DNA of 64,000 nucleotides from Takakia lepidozioides (GCA_030704615.1 CM060733.1:36766001-36830000), one strand, 5' to 3'; shown: positions 1-13,227, counted from the stretch's first letter. The notes: generated by a model from the letters alone, not told the origin. A program made the numbers and translations.

Positions 1-3000
1 AGTATACCAGTTGTGCTACAACACCGATGATTCCACTGCGACCCGATCAAGATGAATTCTTCACACATCCCCGCGCCTTGATACCATTTGCCTGGAATTT
101 CTTGAAATCTGTGGAACGTCAACTAACAACTAGTTGTGCCCATGTCTTGTCTGGCACATGATGGGGTTTGGGCAGCCCCACACTATAGTAATTTTTGAAC
201 AGCTTATTTCGTTGGTACTTGAGCTGCCCGCAAATTGGTTTTGTAATAGCCTTTATGTTAAGACCAGGAGGTCCGTATTCCCAATCTGAAGCCAATATCT
301 CCATGATCTCTTCAATTAAGTGTAATGGTTGATCCTGAGCATACAATGACCAGTCCAACAAACGTTGATACTGCCCTCGCAGAGCTGTCATCCACTGCTT
401 CTGCTGAGGAAAGTGGGGGAGAAGACGCAGAAGATTCCCAGGAGGTGAGGTGGACAGTCCCCCAAGGAGAAATCTACGAGCCCGACGGGCTCTAATAGCT
501 GCTGCCTCCTCCCTCATCTTCATTTTCTTGAGGCTTGCCTCGTCTAAAATCTGCTGTACACGACTACGTTCGGAACACCTCCTAATGGACACCGAAGCAA
601 GCAAGCCGGGCAGCATAAGTAGGAAGGATGTACTCCCTTTCTGGACTAGGCATGAAATCCCCCCTGGCAAAAAAAGGCACGTTCCTCCTGCCCATGAACT
701 CCGGTGTAGACGTCCCTCCGGCAGTACTTGGCATCCTACAGTAAGAACAAATCCACTTCAAGAATGTCAATACCAGCACAACCAGAAAGGGTTTTCAATG
801 AAATAAGAGAGCGGAGGGAGGTGCCTCACAAAATCTGGAGGCAACTTACAATGCCACCACTCACTCGTAAACCGGGGGCTCCTCGGCCTCGATCCCAACT
901 TCCTCCCCCTGCTCCTTCTCGGATTTTTCCTCATCCTCCGAGGATGCCTCTTCCTCTTTCGGCAGACGTTCAGCCGCTGCAAGTTCCGAGTTGTGGAGGG
1001 CAGTATCTGGCTCGAAGGCGAACACATGCCTGTCGGACAACGTCCCTGCCCACATTGAAGCACCTGAGGAACAAAGCGGGCGGTTAATAGCTTGCGGCAT
1101 GCAATTGCAATGGGGCCAGGGGACAAACTGAGCACGTGAAGGCTTACCCGTGCCGCATGTGAGGTCCAGAATCCGCCCTTGGACATCCGAGCACGTCTCC
1201 ATGAGGGTTTGGATGAAAGCAGGGCTCCGGGTCCGGCTGTACCGCCACGGTTTGCCTGTCTTTGTGTCCTTCGGCATACTAGAGTGGGGCACATAGTTGT
1301 AGAGGACATCGTAGGTTACAGGGTCCACAGCGGCATCAACAAGACGACCGTCGTTGCGGAATTTGAACGTAGACCCTCTCTTCACAAAGCAATATGCCTC
1401 AAACACCAATGTCTGCACATCCAAAAAAAAGGGATCAATTCCAGGGTCTACTTAACATACACCACAATATGAAGTGAATGCAATAGATTGATAACTTACA
1501 CTTTGGCCCTCTGTTCGCAACCCCTGCGTACTGATGCAGAACCATTTTCTGAGGAGGACCGGGGTGACACTTTTCGGTGTCCACCTTGCCACCGCATTCT
1601 CTGTGGTCTTCCCTCTCGTGGCAAGGACAACCACACATCCACCGTCATCCAGAAGCATCCCCGCCAGCCCAAACCCGGCTTTCCAGTAGTCCTCAGTAAA
1701 CCTGTTCCAGGTGGGCCACCCATCCAGGCCCTCCAGCAGCTCCCCATCTGGAATGTCGAGGAGAATCATGTCGCAAGCTCTCTCCACCTCAACCCCCCCC
1801 CCGAGTGCTCTTGCAATTCGTGCTCACAGCCGTGAAGAATTCCATCATGGCTTCAAAACCAGGGGTGTCTTTAGGCTCTGTACCGGCAGCCCTCTTCTTG
1901 GCTTTCCCCTTCTGCTCCGCCAGAGACTTGTTGTGTGCCACCTTCTTCGCCCTGGCAGCGAGAGCGTCAAGGAAGCTCTCATTGACGCATTGGATGATGG
2001 TTGGAGGTTCTAGCTTTGGCCTGTGCGTAAACGTCACCGCCGAATACCGCCGTGTAGGCTCGCCCTCAAATGCCAACTTCTTGGCAGAGCCAGTCCCACT
2101 CCGAACTGACTTGGGAACCCGGACGACCGGTGACTGGGTAGGAGCAACAGCAGTCGCAGGACCTTGAACAAAATCGGCGTCGGAGTCACTCTCTTGGGTC
2201 CCCTCCTGCGCCTCCTCCGATGCCCCGATGGTTTTCTTCTTTTTGGGTGTTACTGCAGTCACCTGTTTCCTTGTCCTTTTCCTTTGACCTTTACTCTTCT
2301 CATGCAATTTCTCCTGAATTCCTGCCTGAGCAAGCTCTGCCGCTTTCCTGGAGTTCGCAAGCGCTTTTGCCTCTTTTGCACCCAACGGAGGCAGCGGAGC
2401 CCGGTTTCGTCGGAATTCAGCATCCAGCTTCAATTGAAACTCGGATGGGTCGAGCGAGCCGGGCGGAAGGTCCACATACCAAGGGCAATCACGCAAATGT
2501 TCCAGATGCCACTCCTTCACAATATCGTCAGTGTACATGGAGTCAGCCCCAGGGTTCCTCCATGCCAGAAGAATGGTGGCTCGAAAGACAGATGACCTTT
2601 CTCCAAAAGGAGAACTTAGTACCTGCATTCATGAAAAACACAATGAGGTCCGAAAAATGGCTAAGTCCCTGAACGGCAATAGGGCCTAGAACTGGAAAAC
2701 GGCGCCGAATTTCCAGTTCCGGCCAGCCACCCTAGGGACTTAGCCCGAAAATGGCTAAGTCCCTGGACGGCAATAGGGCCTAGAACTGGAAAACGGCGCC
2801 GAATTTCCAGTTCTTAGGGACTTAGCCCGAAAATGGCTAAGTCCCTCACCTAGTTCCAGTTAGGACTTAGCCCCCTGACGGCAATAGGGCCTACTGGGCG
2901 CCGAATTTCCACTTCAGGGCCAGCCAGTCTAGGGACTTAGCCCGAAAATGGCTAAGTCCCTGAACGGCAATAGGGCCTGAACTGGAAAAGGGCGCCGAAT

Positions 3001-6000
3001 TTCCAGTTCAGGGCCCCAGTCTAGGGACTTAGCCCGAAAATGGCTAAGTCCCTGACGGCAATAGGGCCTAGACTGGAAAACGGCGCCGAATTTCCAGTTC
3101 CGGGCCAGCCACACTAGGACTTAGGCCGAAATGGCTAAGTCCCTGAACGGCAATAGGGCCGGAAATGGCGCCGAATTTCCACTTCAGGGCCAGCCAGTCT
3201 AGGGACTTAGCCGAAAATGGCTAAGTCCCTGAACGGCAATAGGGCCTGGAACTGGAAAATGGCGCCGAATTTCCAGTTCCGGCCAGCCAGTCTAGGACTT
3301 AGCCATTTTCGGAGCCCTGACTGGAAATTCGGCGCCATTTTCCCTAACACCATTGAGGCCTCTAACATCCTGAAATGCCAGGACTTGAAAGAAAGGCAGC
3401 GCGTATGTACCTGTACAGAAGGCGCATTGCTGCTTTGTCCGCGTTCGGCTGGTCGGTGAACTCGTGGCTCCGGCGAGCATTGCTATCTCCCGAAAGAATA
3501 GGTTGGTTTTGTAGAGCAGAAAGTACCTCGTCACATAGTCACGTAGGCTCTCTGCTGCAGGAGATATCTCCATCTTGAACTGATGTGCTTGTGTGTCCAG
3601 CTGCTCTTGCGCATTCGTCGTCACCTGTGGAGATTGTCCATCAGATCGCTTTCCTCAAAAAATACAATGAATCCACCCCCTACTAGAGTAGAAGCCCCAA
3701 ACGAAGCGTGGGGAAGTACCTGAAACCACCATGTCATGCGGTTCATCCACATGTCGAATGTGGGGTCAGAGAGTTTGTCCGGTTTGGGGAAGCTCCACAT
3801 GTCCCTGGTACTTTGGGAACCATTCCAGATTTGGAGCCACCGGGTCTGTCCAACCACCCAGCATATTCGTAAGCGCCAAACACCACAAAAAGGAGTTGTT
3901 GCCACCACAATTTGGTTAAGAATGTATCACCTTTTCTGTTGCATCCACACAGGATGTGGCTAGACGATGGAGCTTCTCCAATGTCATCGTGGGCTTCAGA
4001 GCGCGAGAGTAGTGCTTCCCCACCTCCACCAGAAAGTCGGCACCAAGGGCGGGATCAGCTATGGCCACGTACTTTACCATCCGCGACTTGTACTTTATGC
4101 GGGCCCTCACCTCCGCAGCTTTGACATACGATTCGAGTTCCGGGAGGGTTGGATTCTTCTCCTCTGACTCCATGTAGAACCTCCGCGCATGTGCCAAATC
4201 CTGCTGTATTTTCGTCTGTCAAGAATGCGCACATAAGATTAGAGATCCTGCTCAACCAATTTCTTCTATTGGGGGAGGAGAGACAGATTAGCTCAACAAA
4301 ACTGTCAGGAGCTTTACCCGAAATATGTAGTCCACCATGGCGTCGACGCTCAGCCTATACCAGGTTCTGTCTGCCTTTGCCTCCGACTTGCGCAGGAGGT
4401 CGGCACTGAGGGAATTGGCAAACTCTTGCACCCCCTGCTTCCCGACATCCTTCACTCGGAAGAGCATATGGGACAAGTTGGTGGCAATGAAGGCATTCTC
4501 AGTCACCCTGCATGCCACATTTCCATCAAACAATACTGAAATGGGAATTTTCATCATATATGAGGATTCGCAATGAAATGACTTCCAAATTCAAAGTCCA
4601 AAAGCGAGAGGGGTTGTAGCTTACGAGTTGATGTCGGCCATTGCAGCTTTGAGAAGACTGCGATCTTTGGGCCCCGCAACCTTCAGCACAACACAATCGA
4701 CGGCGAAATGCCAATCGAGATCGTTGGGGTGGGCTTGGGCAATGTGCTCCATCCATCCAGGAGGCGATGATTGCCGTCCCACACGTAGAACATCTTACCG
4801 GACATGTGCTGGAAAAGAGGATCACTAGCATCGATCTCTCGAACTCCTCATTTCGCGTTTGCCAATGGGACCCCCCTTTGTCCACCTCATCGTGGAAGTG
4901 TGGGCACGGGAAGCTCCGTGGTCGTTCTCAATGGAAACGTAAAAGGCGGCAGACCCCATTCGATATCCATCCCGGAAAGAGAATTTCAGCTTGTCGATAT
5001 CGCCTGGGAGGGCAGGTCTCACCACCTGCAATGACACCAAGCGGCAAAGGGGAATTCGAAGCTTGGCCGGGTACACCATGCCCCCCAGCACCCTGCCAAT
5101 GTTGCTGTGGGTTGCCTCCAACATCTTGGCAGCGGCCAACTTCATATCCGCCTCAGACATGACGTCTGCTGCAGAGGGGTTTTCCGGCAGCCCACCAGGA
5201 CCGCCAAATCCAGCCTGTATGCTCCGGGTTTGGGGCCTGGGGATGTCCGGGAGGATGTCATCCTGGTCAGAAACCTCCATGTCGTCCTCCTCAACAGGGT
5301 CAGCCACCTGCGAAACCACCTCCAGCACTCTCGTCGTCTCTACTGCCCTCTCCCTGGCTTCACCTCGAACTTGCACAATCCGTGCTCTTTCAGGTGTTCT
5401 TTCCTCTCCTCCACTCTCCACCGTATGGGTAATTGCGGGGGCTGCTCTTGCCCGCGATGGTCTAACCGGTGTGCTACTGCCTCTCTGTGGTGTCTTGTAG
5501 GGATCCACCGTCTCTGTGGGTCCCTCGCTTACATTGGCATCTGTCATTTGGGCACCCCTGGCCTCTTCAGCTGCCTTTTGTCTTTCCTCCTGGCTAGCAT
5601 TCTGTCTCGTCTGTTCTTTTGCCCTCTCTTTTGCCCTCTCACGGGCTTTCTGTTTCTTACTAGGGCTAGCAGCAGGGGAGCCCTCCAGGACGACCACCTT
5701 TGATTGAGGCGAACTGACACCCTCGCGCGCACTGCTCACTCCCCCCTCCGCAGCCCGTGACTGCTCTCTCGCCGGGGATTGCATGTGCTTAGCTTTCTTC
5801 TTTTTCTTTGCGTGGGCGGGCCCTACTGCATGTGCATGAACAACCTCCATTGCCGGATCTGCTGTCCTCATGTCCTCACGCCCTTCACCTGCCATGCCGC
5901 CTGCACCAACCTCCCCAATGCCTACTCTGTCGTATCTCGTTGCAAGTCCTCCCGTCCACCAACAAAAGGTTTAAGTTTGCCCTCTCGCCCCAAGTTGGGC

Positions 6001-6592
6001 GATTCAAACATGCGATGAGTTGGAGCTGTCGATGATACCACCAGCGTGCCGGGCTCGTCGTCACTCTGTCATTGACAAAAATCGTGAAAACCAACATCGG
6101 TGCAAAAAGCAGCATCGCAACGAGCAGCGCAACCACCATAGCAACAATCATGTAGCAAAAATGAAAACATAACAAGTTTAGGAAGTATGGAGAGCCATGC
6201 AACAACAATGAAAACAAATGCAACCATTGCCTAAGAATGACATGCACAAGCAGCCTTCTCCAGAGCTGCCGGATTTGCACACGCATTGCAAACAATCTAA
6301 GGTTCACTCAACTATCTAAAGTTCACTCATACAGCAAAGCCAGGATGAAGATGCAAAAACAAACAAAGCGAAAGCAAAAAAAAAATCGAACAAACCGAAA
6401 GCAGAAGTGGCTTGCCTGAGAGTACTCGGCTTCAGTTGGCGCAGGTTGTGAGCAAGACACTGGAATCTCCTGCTGGAGCTTCAGTTTGGCCATGCGAGAG
6501 ATTGGCCGTCGTCCGTAGTACAGAGCTTTCAACTTCCGCCGCGGTCTGGATGTGAGGTCTCTCTCAGGAGAGCCACGCCCTTCAGGCGGCAT
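1..6592 (-). CDS. Multi-exon ParB/Srx-like + beta-class N6A/N4C DNA methyltransferase-like fusion, copy 1 (frameshifted; 3' end runs off window)
   Basis: First exon MPPE..RPRRKLKALYYGRRP. ParB-like LRIPLCRLVSLQVVRPAL..DIDKLK and MFYVWDGNHRLL (4761-4793). MTase motifs DMILLDIPDG, then GRILDLTCGTG and GASMWAG..RHVFAFE. GT-AG introns. Exon-by-exon homology with 57012-62234. Confidence 0.75.
861..1790 (-). other. N6/N4-methyltransferase-like domain of copy 1
   Basis: Catalytic-motif-like DIPDG precedes the SAM-binding ILDLTCGTG motif (beta-class order), followed by A..L.R...E.D-like GASMWAGTLSDRHVFAFEPD. Confidence 0.75.
2650..3342. repeat. Intronic tandem repeat (~85-90 bp unit, ~7-8 copies) built of hairpins
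   Basis: Unit contains the inverted pair AGGGACTTAGCC-n7-GGCTAAGTCCCT and the imperfect palindrome AACTGGAAAACGGCGCCGAATTTCCAGTT. Confidence 0.9.
4630..5110 (-). other. ParB/Srx-like N-terminal domain of copy 1
   Basis: VRP....DIDKLK.SF..GY.....FYVSI and WDGNHRL, the ParB/Srx DGxHR signature. Confidence 0.7.
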
Positions 6593-6839
6593 AAGTCCCA
6601 GCCAAAAAGATCTCCTTTTTTGGGGTACATGCCTGGAATACCATGTTAAGCCAAGTTTAGCATGAGATTTAGGGTACGTGTCCAGGAAGCCATGCGTCGC
6701 CAGCCCGAATAATAACCGACGGCCGTCGACATTTATTGCCCACTGCGCAATTAAATGTCGGATGAAGCCCTCCATGTCGGATGAAAATCGACGTAAACAG
6801 AAAACGTAGAGGTAATTTGGAAGGCTGCAGCTAAGGCTC

Positions 6840-8275
6840 AGTCGGCCGCCGGCGCCGAATTTCCATTTGGGCAGGTAATTCGGAAGGATGGAAATCCGGC
6901 GCCGAATTTCCGCCGGCGCAAATTTCCTCACGCAGGTAATTCGGAAGCGCGCGGATGGAAATCCGGCGCGAATTTCCATCCGCAGGCAGGTAATTCCCGG
7001 CGCCGAAATTAGGCTCTTTTTCGCAGGTAATTCGGAAGCGCGCGGATGGAAATCCGGCGCCGCAGCGCAGGTAATTTGGAAATTTAGGGCAGGTAATTTG
7101 GAAAGCGAAGGTTGCGGCAGGTAATTCGGCGCCGAATTTGGTAAATCCCATGGAAATTCGGCGCCGAATTTCCATCCGCGCCCGCCGGCATCCTCCCGGC
7201 AGGTAATTCGGATGGAAATTCGGCGCCGAATTTCCATTTCATTCGGCGCCGTTTTCTCGGCCTTCTATTACCTTCGTGCAGGGATTACCTTCGTGCATTC
7301 CCAGATGAGAATTACCTTCGTGCAGGTAATTCTGGACGAGGAATTAACATTGGAATTACCTGCAGGAAGGTAATTCTCATCTGGGAATTACCTGCACGAA
7401 GGCCCTAGGGAAATACATGGAAATTCGGCGCGAATATCCATATCCGACTTACCTGCGATGGAAATTCGGCGCCGAATTTCCCGGGATTTTAATGGAAATT
7501 CGGCGCCGCGGGATTCCACTTACCTATTCGGCGCCGAATTTCCATTCATCCCCTGCAGGATGGAAATTCGGCGCCGAATCTCCATCCCACTTACCTGCTG
7601 GATGGAAATTCGGCGCCGAATTCCATCCGGGGGATGGTCTCTGTCGGAGAGGTGCCGCCTCTCCGCCGCTCTGTTGGATATTCGGTGCCGAATTTCCGTC
7701 CCGGGGTTGAAATATGACGGCCAGGTGCCGACCTCTCCTTCTCCCCGACTGCATTGGAACGGCCCCGAATTGAAATTCGGCGCCGTTTTCCCATCTGTGG
7801 AGGTTTTTATGTCGGCCAGTTTTCGGTCTGACCCCCCGACAAGACTTCCTTTGGGGGGGCCCGGATGGAAATTCGGCGCCGAATCTCCGTCCAGGGGATG
7901 TTCTCTGTCGCACACTCGCCGGCCTCTGCGCCCGAGGCGACTTCATCCGGGCGTCCCCTGTTCGATATTCGGTGCCGAATTTCCGTCCGGGGGTTGAAAT
8001 GTGACGGCCAAGTGCAGGCCACTCCCCCTCCCCGACTGCATCCGAACCGCCCCGGATGGAAATTCGGCGCCGTTTTTCCATCTGGGGATGTTTTTATGCC
8101 GTCCAGTTTCGGCCTGACCCCCGACACGACTCCCTTTGGGGGGCCCGGATGGAAATTCGGCGCCGAATCTCCATCCAGGGGATGTTCTCTGTCGCACACA
8201 CTCCGGCCTGCGCCCGAGGCGACTTCATCCGGGCTTCCTCTGTTGGATATTGGGTGCCGAATTTCCATTCGGGGG
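6840..8275. repeat. Palindrome array GGAAATTCGGCGCCGAATTTCC between the divergent genes, with GCAGGTAATT motifs and a ~285 bp higher-order repeat
   Basis: Perfect 26-bp palindrome at 7150-7175 and many further full or partial copies. Larger units restart near 7600, 7862 and 8147. Confidence 0.9.
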
Positions 8276-8568
8276 TAGTAATGTGAGGGCACGGTGCCGG
8301 CTTCTCCCCTTCAGCCGTCATCATCCGGACGGCCCCCCACTTTCTGACTGCATACCGTTGGCAGTTATTGCGCAAAGACGGGCCGCATTCCGGAGACAAG
8401 GTTCATTAACACTCTGACTGTGGATTTTTGAGATAGTTGGCTCCCTGGATTTGGATCAGGCTTCGTCGCTCGGACAAATCGGCATCGCATTCATTCCCAT
8501 CGCTGCACCCCCTTCTACCAGGGAGCTTCCCCGCACGCCATCCTGGCAGTCTTGTGTGCACATCTCCC

Positions 8569-10928
8569 ATGGCGGAAAACCCGAGCGCTACAGTGTACTG
8601 CCCTCCTCACGAGCATAGAGCTTCATTTCCGTGCAGAGGGGACACCTGCCGGGTGATGGAGAAATATCTGTGCGTTCGATACCACCTGAAACCGGGGTCG
8701 GTTTTTTTGGAGGAGGAAAGGAAGGACTCAAACGGCCTTGTTGTCGAGAGTATTGTTGTGCTCCACGATGATTTCGGCGATGGCAGGGAATGGCGAGTTC
8801 CACCATCGGACAGCGTCATATACAGGGCTGTTGGGGACTTCATTTGCCCGCCAAATGCACCGTCTATCCTGGCGCCTTCCACGAAACAATCCGCGAATCA
8901 GAGAGTGGGTACCTCAAAGAGAGAAGTCCGCAACGAAGTAAATCCAGAGCCGAACCCATCCATGAAGACGACCGAGAACCGGGTTGTTCACAACCTGTCC
9001 GACTCAGACGAGGTCATGGAAGTTCCGAGGTCGTCCTGGAGATCAGGCAAGTCCTCAATGGACGTCAGTGGAGGAGGGAGTCATATTCCCAGCACGAGCA
9101 CCGCAGTTCGATCTATTCTAGAAATTCTGCGAGGGCTTCACCTGGAGGGACACCGGTCGGAGCTGGCCGGGCTGGACTACAGCAAGTTCGCAATTAAATC
9201 GGTTACATGCCTTCCCGCCGACGTCGACGGTAATATCTTCTTTGAGTTCCCTCCTCGGGCGGACTACTCGAGGGCGTCCGGAATGTTGACAGATATGGAT
9301 AGAAAACATGACGGTCATCCTTGGTGCGTTACCAAAACCACCAGCATGAAGATGCTTGATGGTGTGCGGGTGCGCTACGTTGTTTGTGCGGGCGCGTTGC
9401 GGTGTTTCTCCCCAACTTGCTTCCACTTTAAATCCAGAGGTCACAGGAACGAGACCGATTGGACAGGCACACAGCTCACCAACCATTTCGAGCTCAGGAG
9501 AAGGTTCCGAACTCCACATTTAAGTGTGCGCATTGCAAAGAACCACCACACTGCATGTCTGTTTGTAATGCCAAGCAGTTCTATGTGTTGCACCGTTTCC
9601 CTGACCTCACCCGAGCTTGCATACACGTTGGTTCCCATTGTCACAAATTGGCGAGGGGGAACTCGCGGGAGGCTGCCCACGAAGCAGAGCAGCTCGTTCA
9701 GGAGGAGGTTAAGTTGAGACCGGGTGCCAAACCCAAACAGATACAGCTCCAAGCCGCCCATAAGATGGCATTGGCCAGAATTATGTCGGAAGACGGCTCC
9801 GATAGAGTTCCTCTCGACGAGAAGGAAATGGAGGCATTGCTGGAGTCGGTGTCCCACGTATGTTCACCGAATGTCCGAAACCACATTGTCTCATGCAAAC
9901 AGAAAATTGGCGTGGCTCGGATATGCACTCCATTCTGGAGGTGAAGCGACGATGTGGATATGACTACATTCATGGAAGTAGGTTTCCAGGACAAGGGACT
10001 GAGGCAGATCGTTGTTTCGTATTCAAAATGTCCACGTGTGGACCTGGCAGTGGCGTCGAACTGGTCGACAGGATGACGAGTGGGAACTTGTCAAACAGTT
10101 GGGTCATGTTCGACCATATCAAGCGAATTACAAATCACCAGTGGGTGACAATGGGTGCACATGTCTACGACACCCACTGCAGGATGCTAATGACAATTGC
10201 TATTTGTGAGATGAAAGGAGAGGACACACAATCGGAGATGCTTCTTTGGCAGGGAATAAACGAACAGATGGCCAAGGCGGGATTGCCCCCTCCCAATTTC
10301 CGTGGTTTCATGGCGGACAACGCACAAGCAAATTGGGCTGCCATCCGAAGGGTGTACGGGCAAGACCCCAATGTTCCCATGGAAGGCAAGGAGAGATCTT
10401 GTGGGTTCCATTTTCTGCAGAGCCTTTCGCAGTACACAACCAGGCTCGTGGCGCCAGATTTCAGAGAGGAGCACCGTTCCATGTGCCTTGCGTGGAAGCG
10501 CGCTCCCACCTTGGATGATGCAGAGACACAGTTTGCATGCATACGGGCTTGGTGGACATCGTCAGGTGCTGTAAGGAAATCAGACGAAGGAGCAATGGTC
10601 AGTTGGCTAGCATGGTGGCATTATCGTTTCCTCCAGTTCGGCGACTATATGCGGGAGGTGAGTTGCACGAATTCGCGTCCCGTTGGATATTATTCTTGGC
10701 CATATTTGTAACTTGCTTGTAACCTGAACATGTGCTTGTGCAGGAAATGTGTCTCGACTCCGACACCGACATGCCCACGACAAACATGGCCGAATCAGTG
10801 CACTCTTCCTGGCGTGCCTCCTCTGCGGCGCATCTGGTGGACATCCTCACTGCCACAACGGAGGACATTGTGAGGTCAATTATGCAGCAATGCAGGTACA
10901 ACGAGTTCTTGAAAGGGAAACAGTGGGG
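8569..10928 (+). pseudogene. MULE transposase, N-terminal part (GCM-like Zn domain + DDE core), interrupted
   Basis: MFDHIKR (D), FMADNAQANW (D), CGFH (CxxH), TTNMAESVH (E). Intron 10658-10743 (GT..AG). Cys/His-rich N-terminal region. Confidence 0.85.
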
Positions 10929-13227
10929 TGTAGTGTGAATGCAGGGAGTAAAAATCTCAAGTTTGTGTTTGGCATCAGGTTTCGGCACTACTACAAAAGG
11001 GAGTACCCTTCGTGCTAATGAAGGGGAGGAATTGACCATAACTTGAGGTAATTCCATGGAAGGACTATGCTATTTATCTGCCAAGAACAAAATATGGCTA
11101 AGTTATGACATGCACCTTTTTCATCCCTAGGATGAATGATTTTCATCCATGATGTTGAACCCTAGAAGCGGGATGTGAAATTCGAAGGGGAAGAGTGCGT
11201 GGATCTTTTCGCAGCTGCTGCAGTGGTGTTGGCAGCACAGGATATCTGAGAAGGTTCCACCTACGCAAAGGGTATCAGCTTGCCTTTAAGAGAAATGTTA
11301 AGAGCTCCTGCTTGGCTTTCTGTGCAAAAAGAAGCGGTGCCGCCTTCTTAAGCAATGATCAAAACCTGAGGGATTGGGTTTGTGATAAGGGCGGTGCACC
11401 ACTGCTGTCGCCATGGTATTTGTGAGCACATTAATGAGGAGATGGAGTGGCTCAGCAGGTGTTGGGGGATGAGAAATGCAGGCTGGTGTGTATTATCGCC
11501 TCAGGTTGTCAGTGATCAAATCTTGTAGCTGCTGTCTGTTTTTGAGCTGTAGGACCAGATCACTTTGTAAGGGAATCAGCTTGCCTTAAAGAGTGACGTT
11601 GAGGGATCTGGCTTGGCTTTCTGTGCAAGAGGAAGCGGTGCCGCCTTCTGGTGTGTATGGCGCTTAAGCTATCTATAAATAAGTTATGTATCTGCTCTCT
11701 GTCTTAAGGGCTGTAGGACCAGATCACTTCATAGGGAGGAAATGCACATGTAGAAGGATAGGGTAGAGGTTGGCAGGCAAGGATGTGCCAGCAGCTGAAG
11801 CAGAGCCGTCATGCCTTAATGAGGACTGGAATCACGATAAGAAGAAACGTCGGAGATGGCTGACGAGGGAAGGATAAGGTGCCTTCTTGACAGGCAGACC
11901 ACCACTTCAAGGAGTATAAGACAGATAAGTTTGAGGAGTGTGCCCCCTTTTAGTTTTTGGTTGCTTAGAAATCGCTTTGTGAAGTTGAACTGTCTCTTGT
12001 ATGTAGTAAGAGACACTGACATGTGAGGAAGAAAAGAGCTTTGTAAATGGAATGAAGACACTGGACTTCAAACCAGGATGGGCTGGAGATGGATGCACCT
12101 GCTATTACATTGTACAGTAGGAAAATGAATGGAAACAGGGTAGACTCGTTGCTGGGACAGAATGGTTACTGTTGTTGTTCTTGTTCCTTGTTTCAACGTC
12201 ATGAGCTTGTACAAACAATCTAGCCTGGGATGTTGACACATTGCAGCCAATGTGGAACTAGCTTAGTAGGTAGAGGAAACAGAGAGGGTTAGATAGAACT
12301 GTTTGGAAACAACAAGAAGGGATGATGTGGATGGGGCAGAAAAACCAGCATCTGTTGGGTTTGGATCTGATTCTCAGAGTGCTCTCAGCCCATGAACCAC
12401 TGAGGTTCACAGCTGATGGGAAAAAGAGAGCTGTCAGGGTGTGTAAATTGAGACCTGTAGAAGGGTTGAGAGCTGTTGGGCAATGGTTATACCTGGGAAA
12501 AGTGGAGTGTGAAGCATCTGTCATTGGCAAGAGAGGGACTGATAAAAGGGCTGATTATATCTTGTGTGACCAAGGTTGATTTCAATGCTGGGTGCACTGG
12601 ATGCTTGGCTGAATGCGCATTGCATTGCATCATAGGCATGTTACAGTGGAAAGAGTGAGGAACCCACTTATCCTGAAAGAAAGAGAGAGGGAGAGAGAAA
12701 AGGACACAAGGGAGAGAGTTGACCAGCAAGAGGTTATGATGAGGAATGGATGATTGGGGAGGTAAGATAAAGAAAGCATGAACCATGAAGGGCCAAACTG
12801 GAGGGCCTGCAAACTCATGGCAGATCTGCGTTGCCGCCTTCCAAATCGTGATCTTGTTACAAAGGGGATTCCACGTATTGTTGACCAAGAGAGCTGCCCA
12901 CAAGGGCAGTGGTCATCACTGACGTAGGGCTGGTTGCATCACTGAAGACCGCATGGTAACATGGCTGGTGCAGTGTATCAGGGAAAGGATGTCGTGTAGA
13001 AGTAGAACCACGGGTGAAAACAATACAGACTCCCCATCCATGTCTTCTCTTCCGCTGCGGCGTGGATGAGGATTGTGCGAACTCTGATCACGAAGGACCT
13101 GATGGAAACCCACACCGAGTGACGATGGTTGGATCAGCTGAGAGGGAGAGCTCCTTTCCTTCCCTCCGATTGACCTAGGGAAGAGCACAACTAGACTTGC
13201 ACAGAAGGGGATTCACGCCCCTTCTTT
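10929..13227 (+). repeat. Element A 5' LTR segment (Y1)
   Basis: Near-identical to 19790-22093. Lacks the terminal CACACTACA and abuts the PBS. Confidence 0.95.

Noticed and set aside
1-6592. Bacterial plasmid/prophage contamination (ParB + MTase)
   Set aside because: Spliceosomal introns at conserved positions and continuity with eukaryotic transposons.
6323-8417. ORFs rich in MEIRRRIS / WKFGAEF (and EMRxRIS / KCGAAF at 56100-56870 and 62290-63950)
   Set aside because: Artefactual translations of the palindromes on both strands. Only the RPRRKLK exon near 6415-6592 is supported by homology.
11195-13188. Short ORFs inside the LTRs of A, and antisense ORFs over pol genes
   Set aside because: No recognisable motifs, and frames are not preserved between LTR copies.
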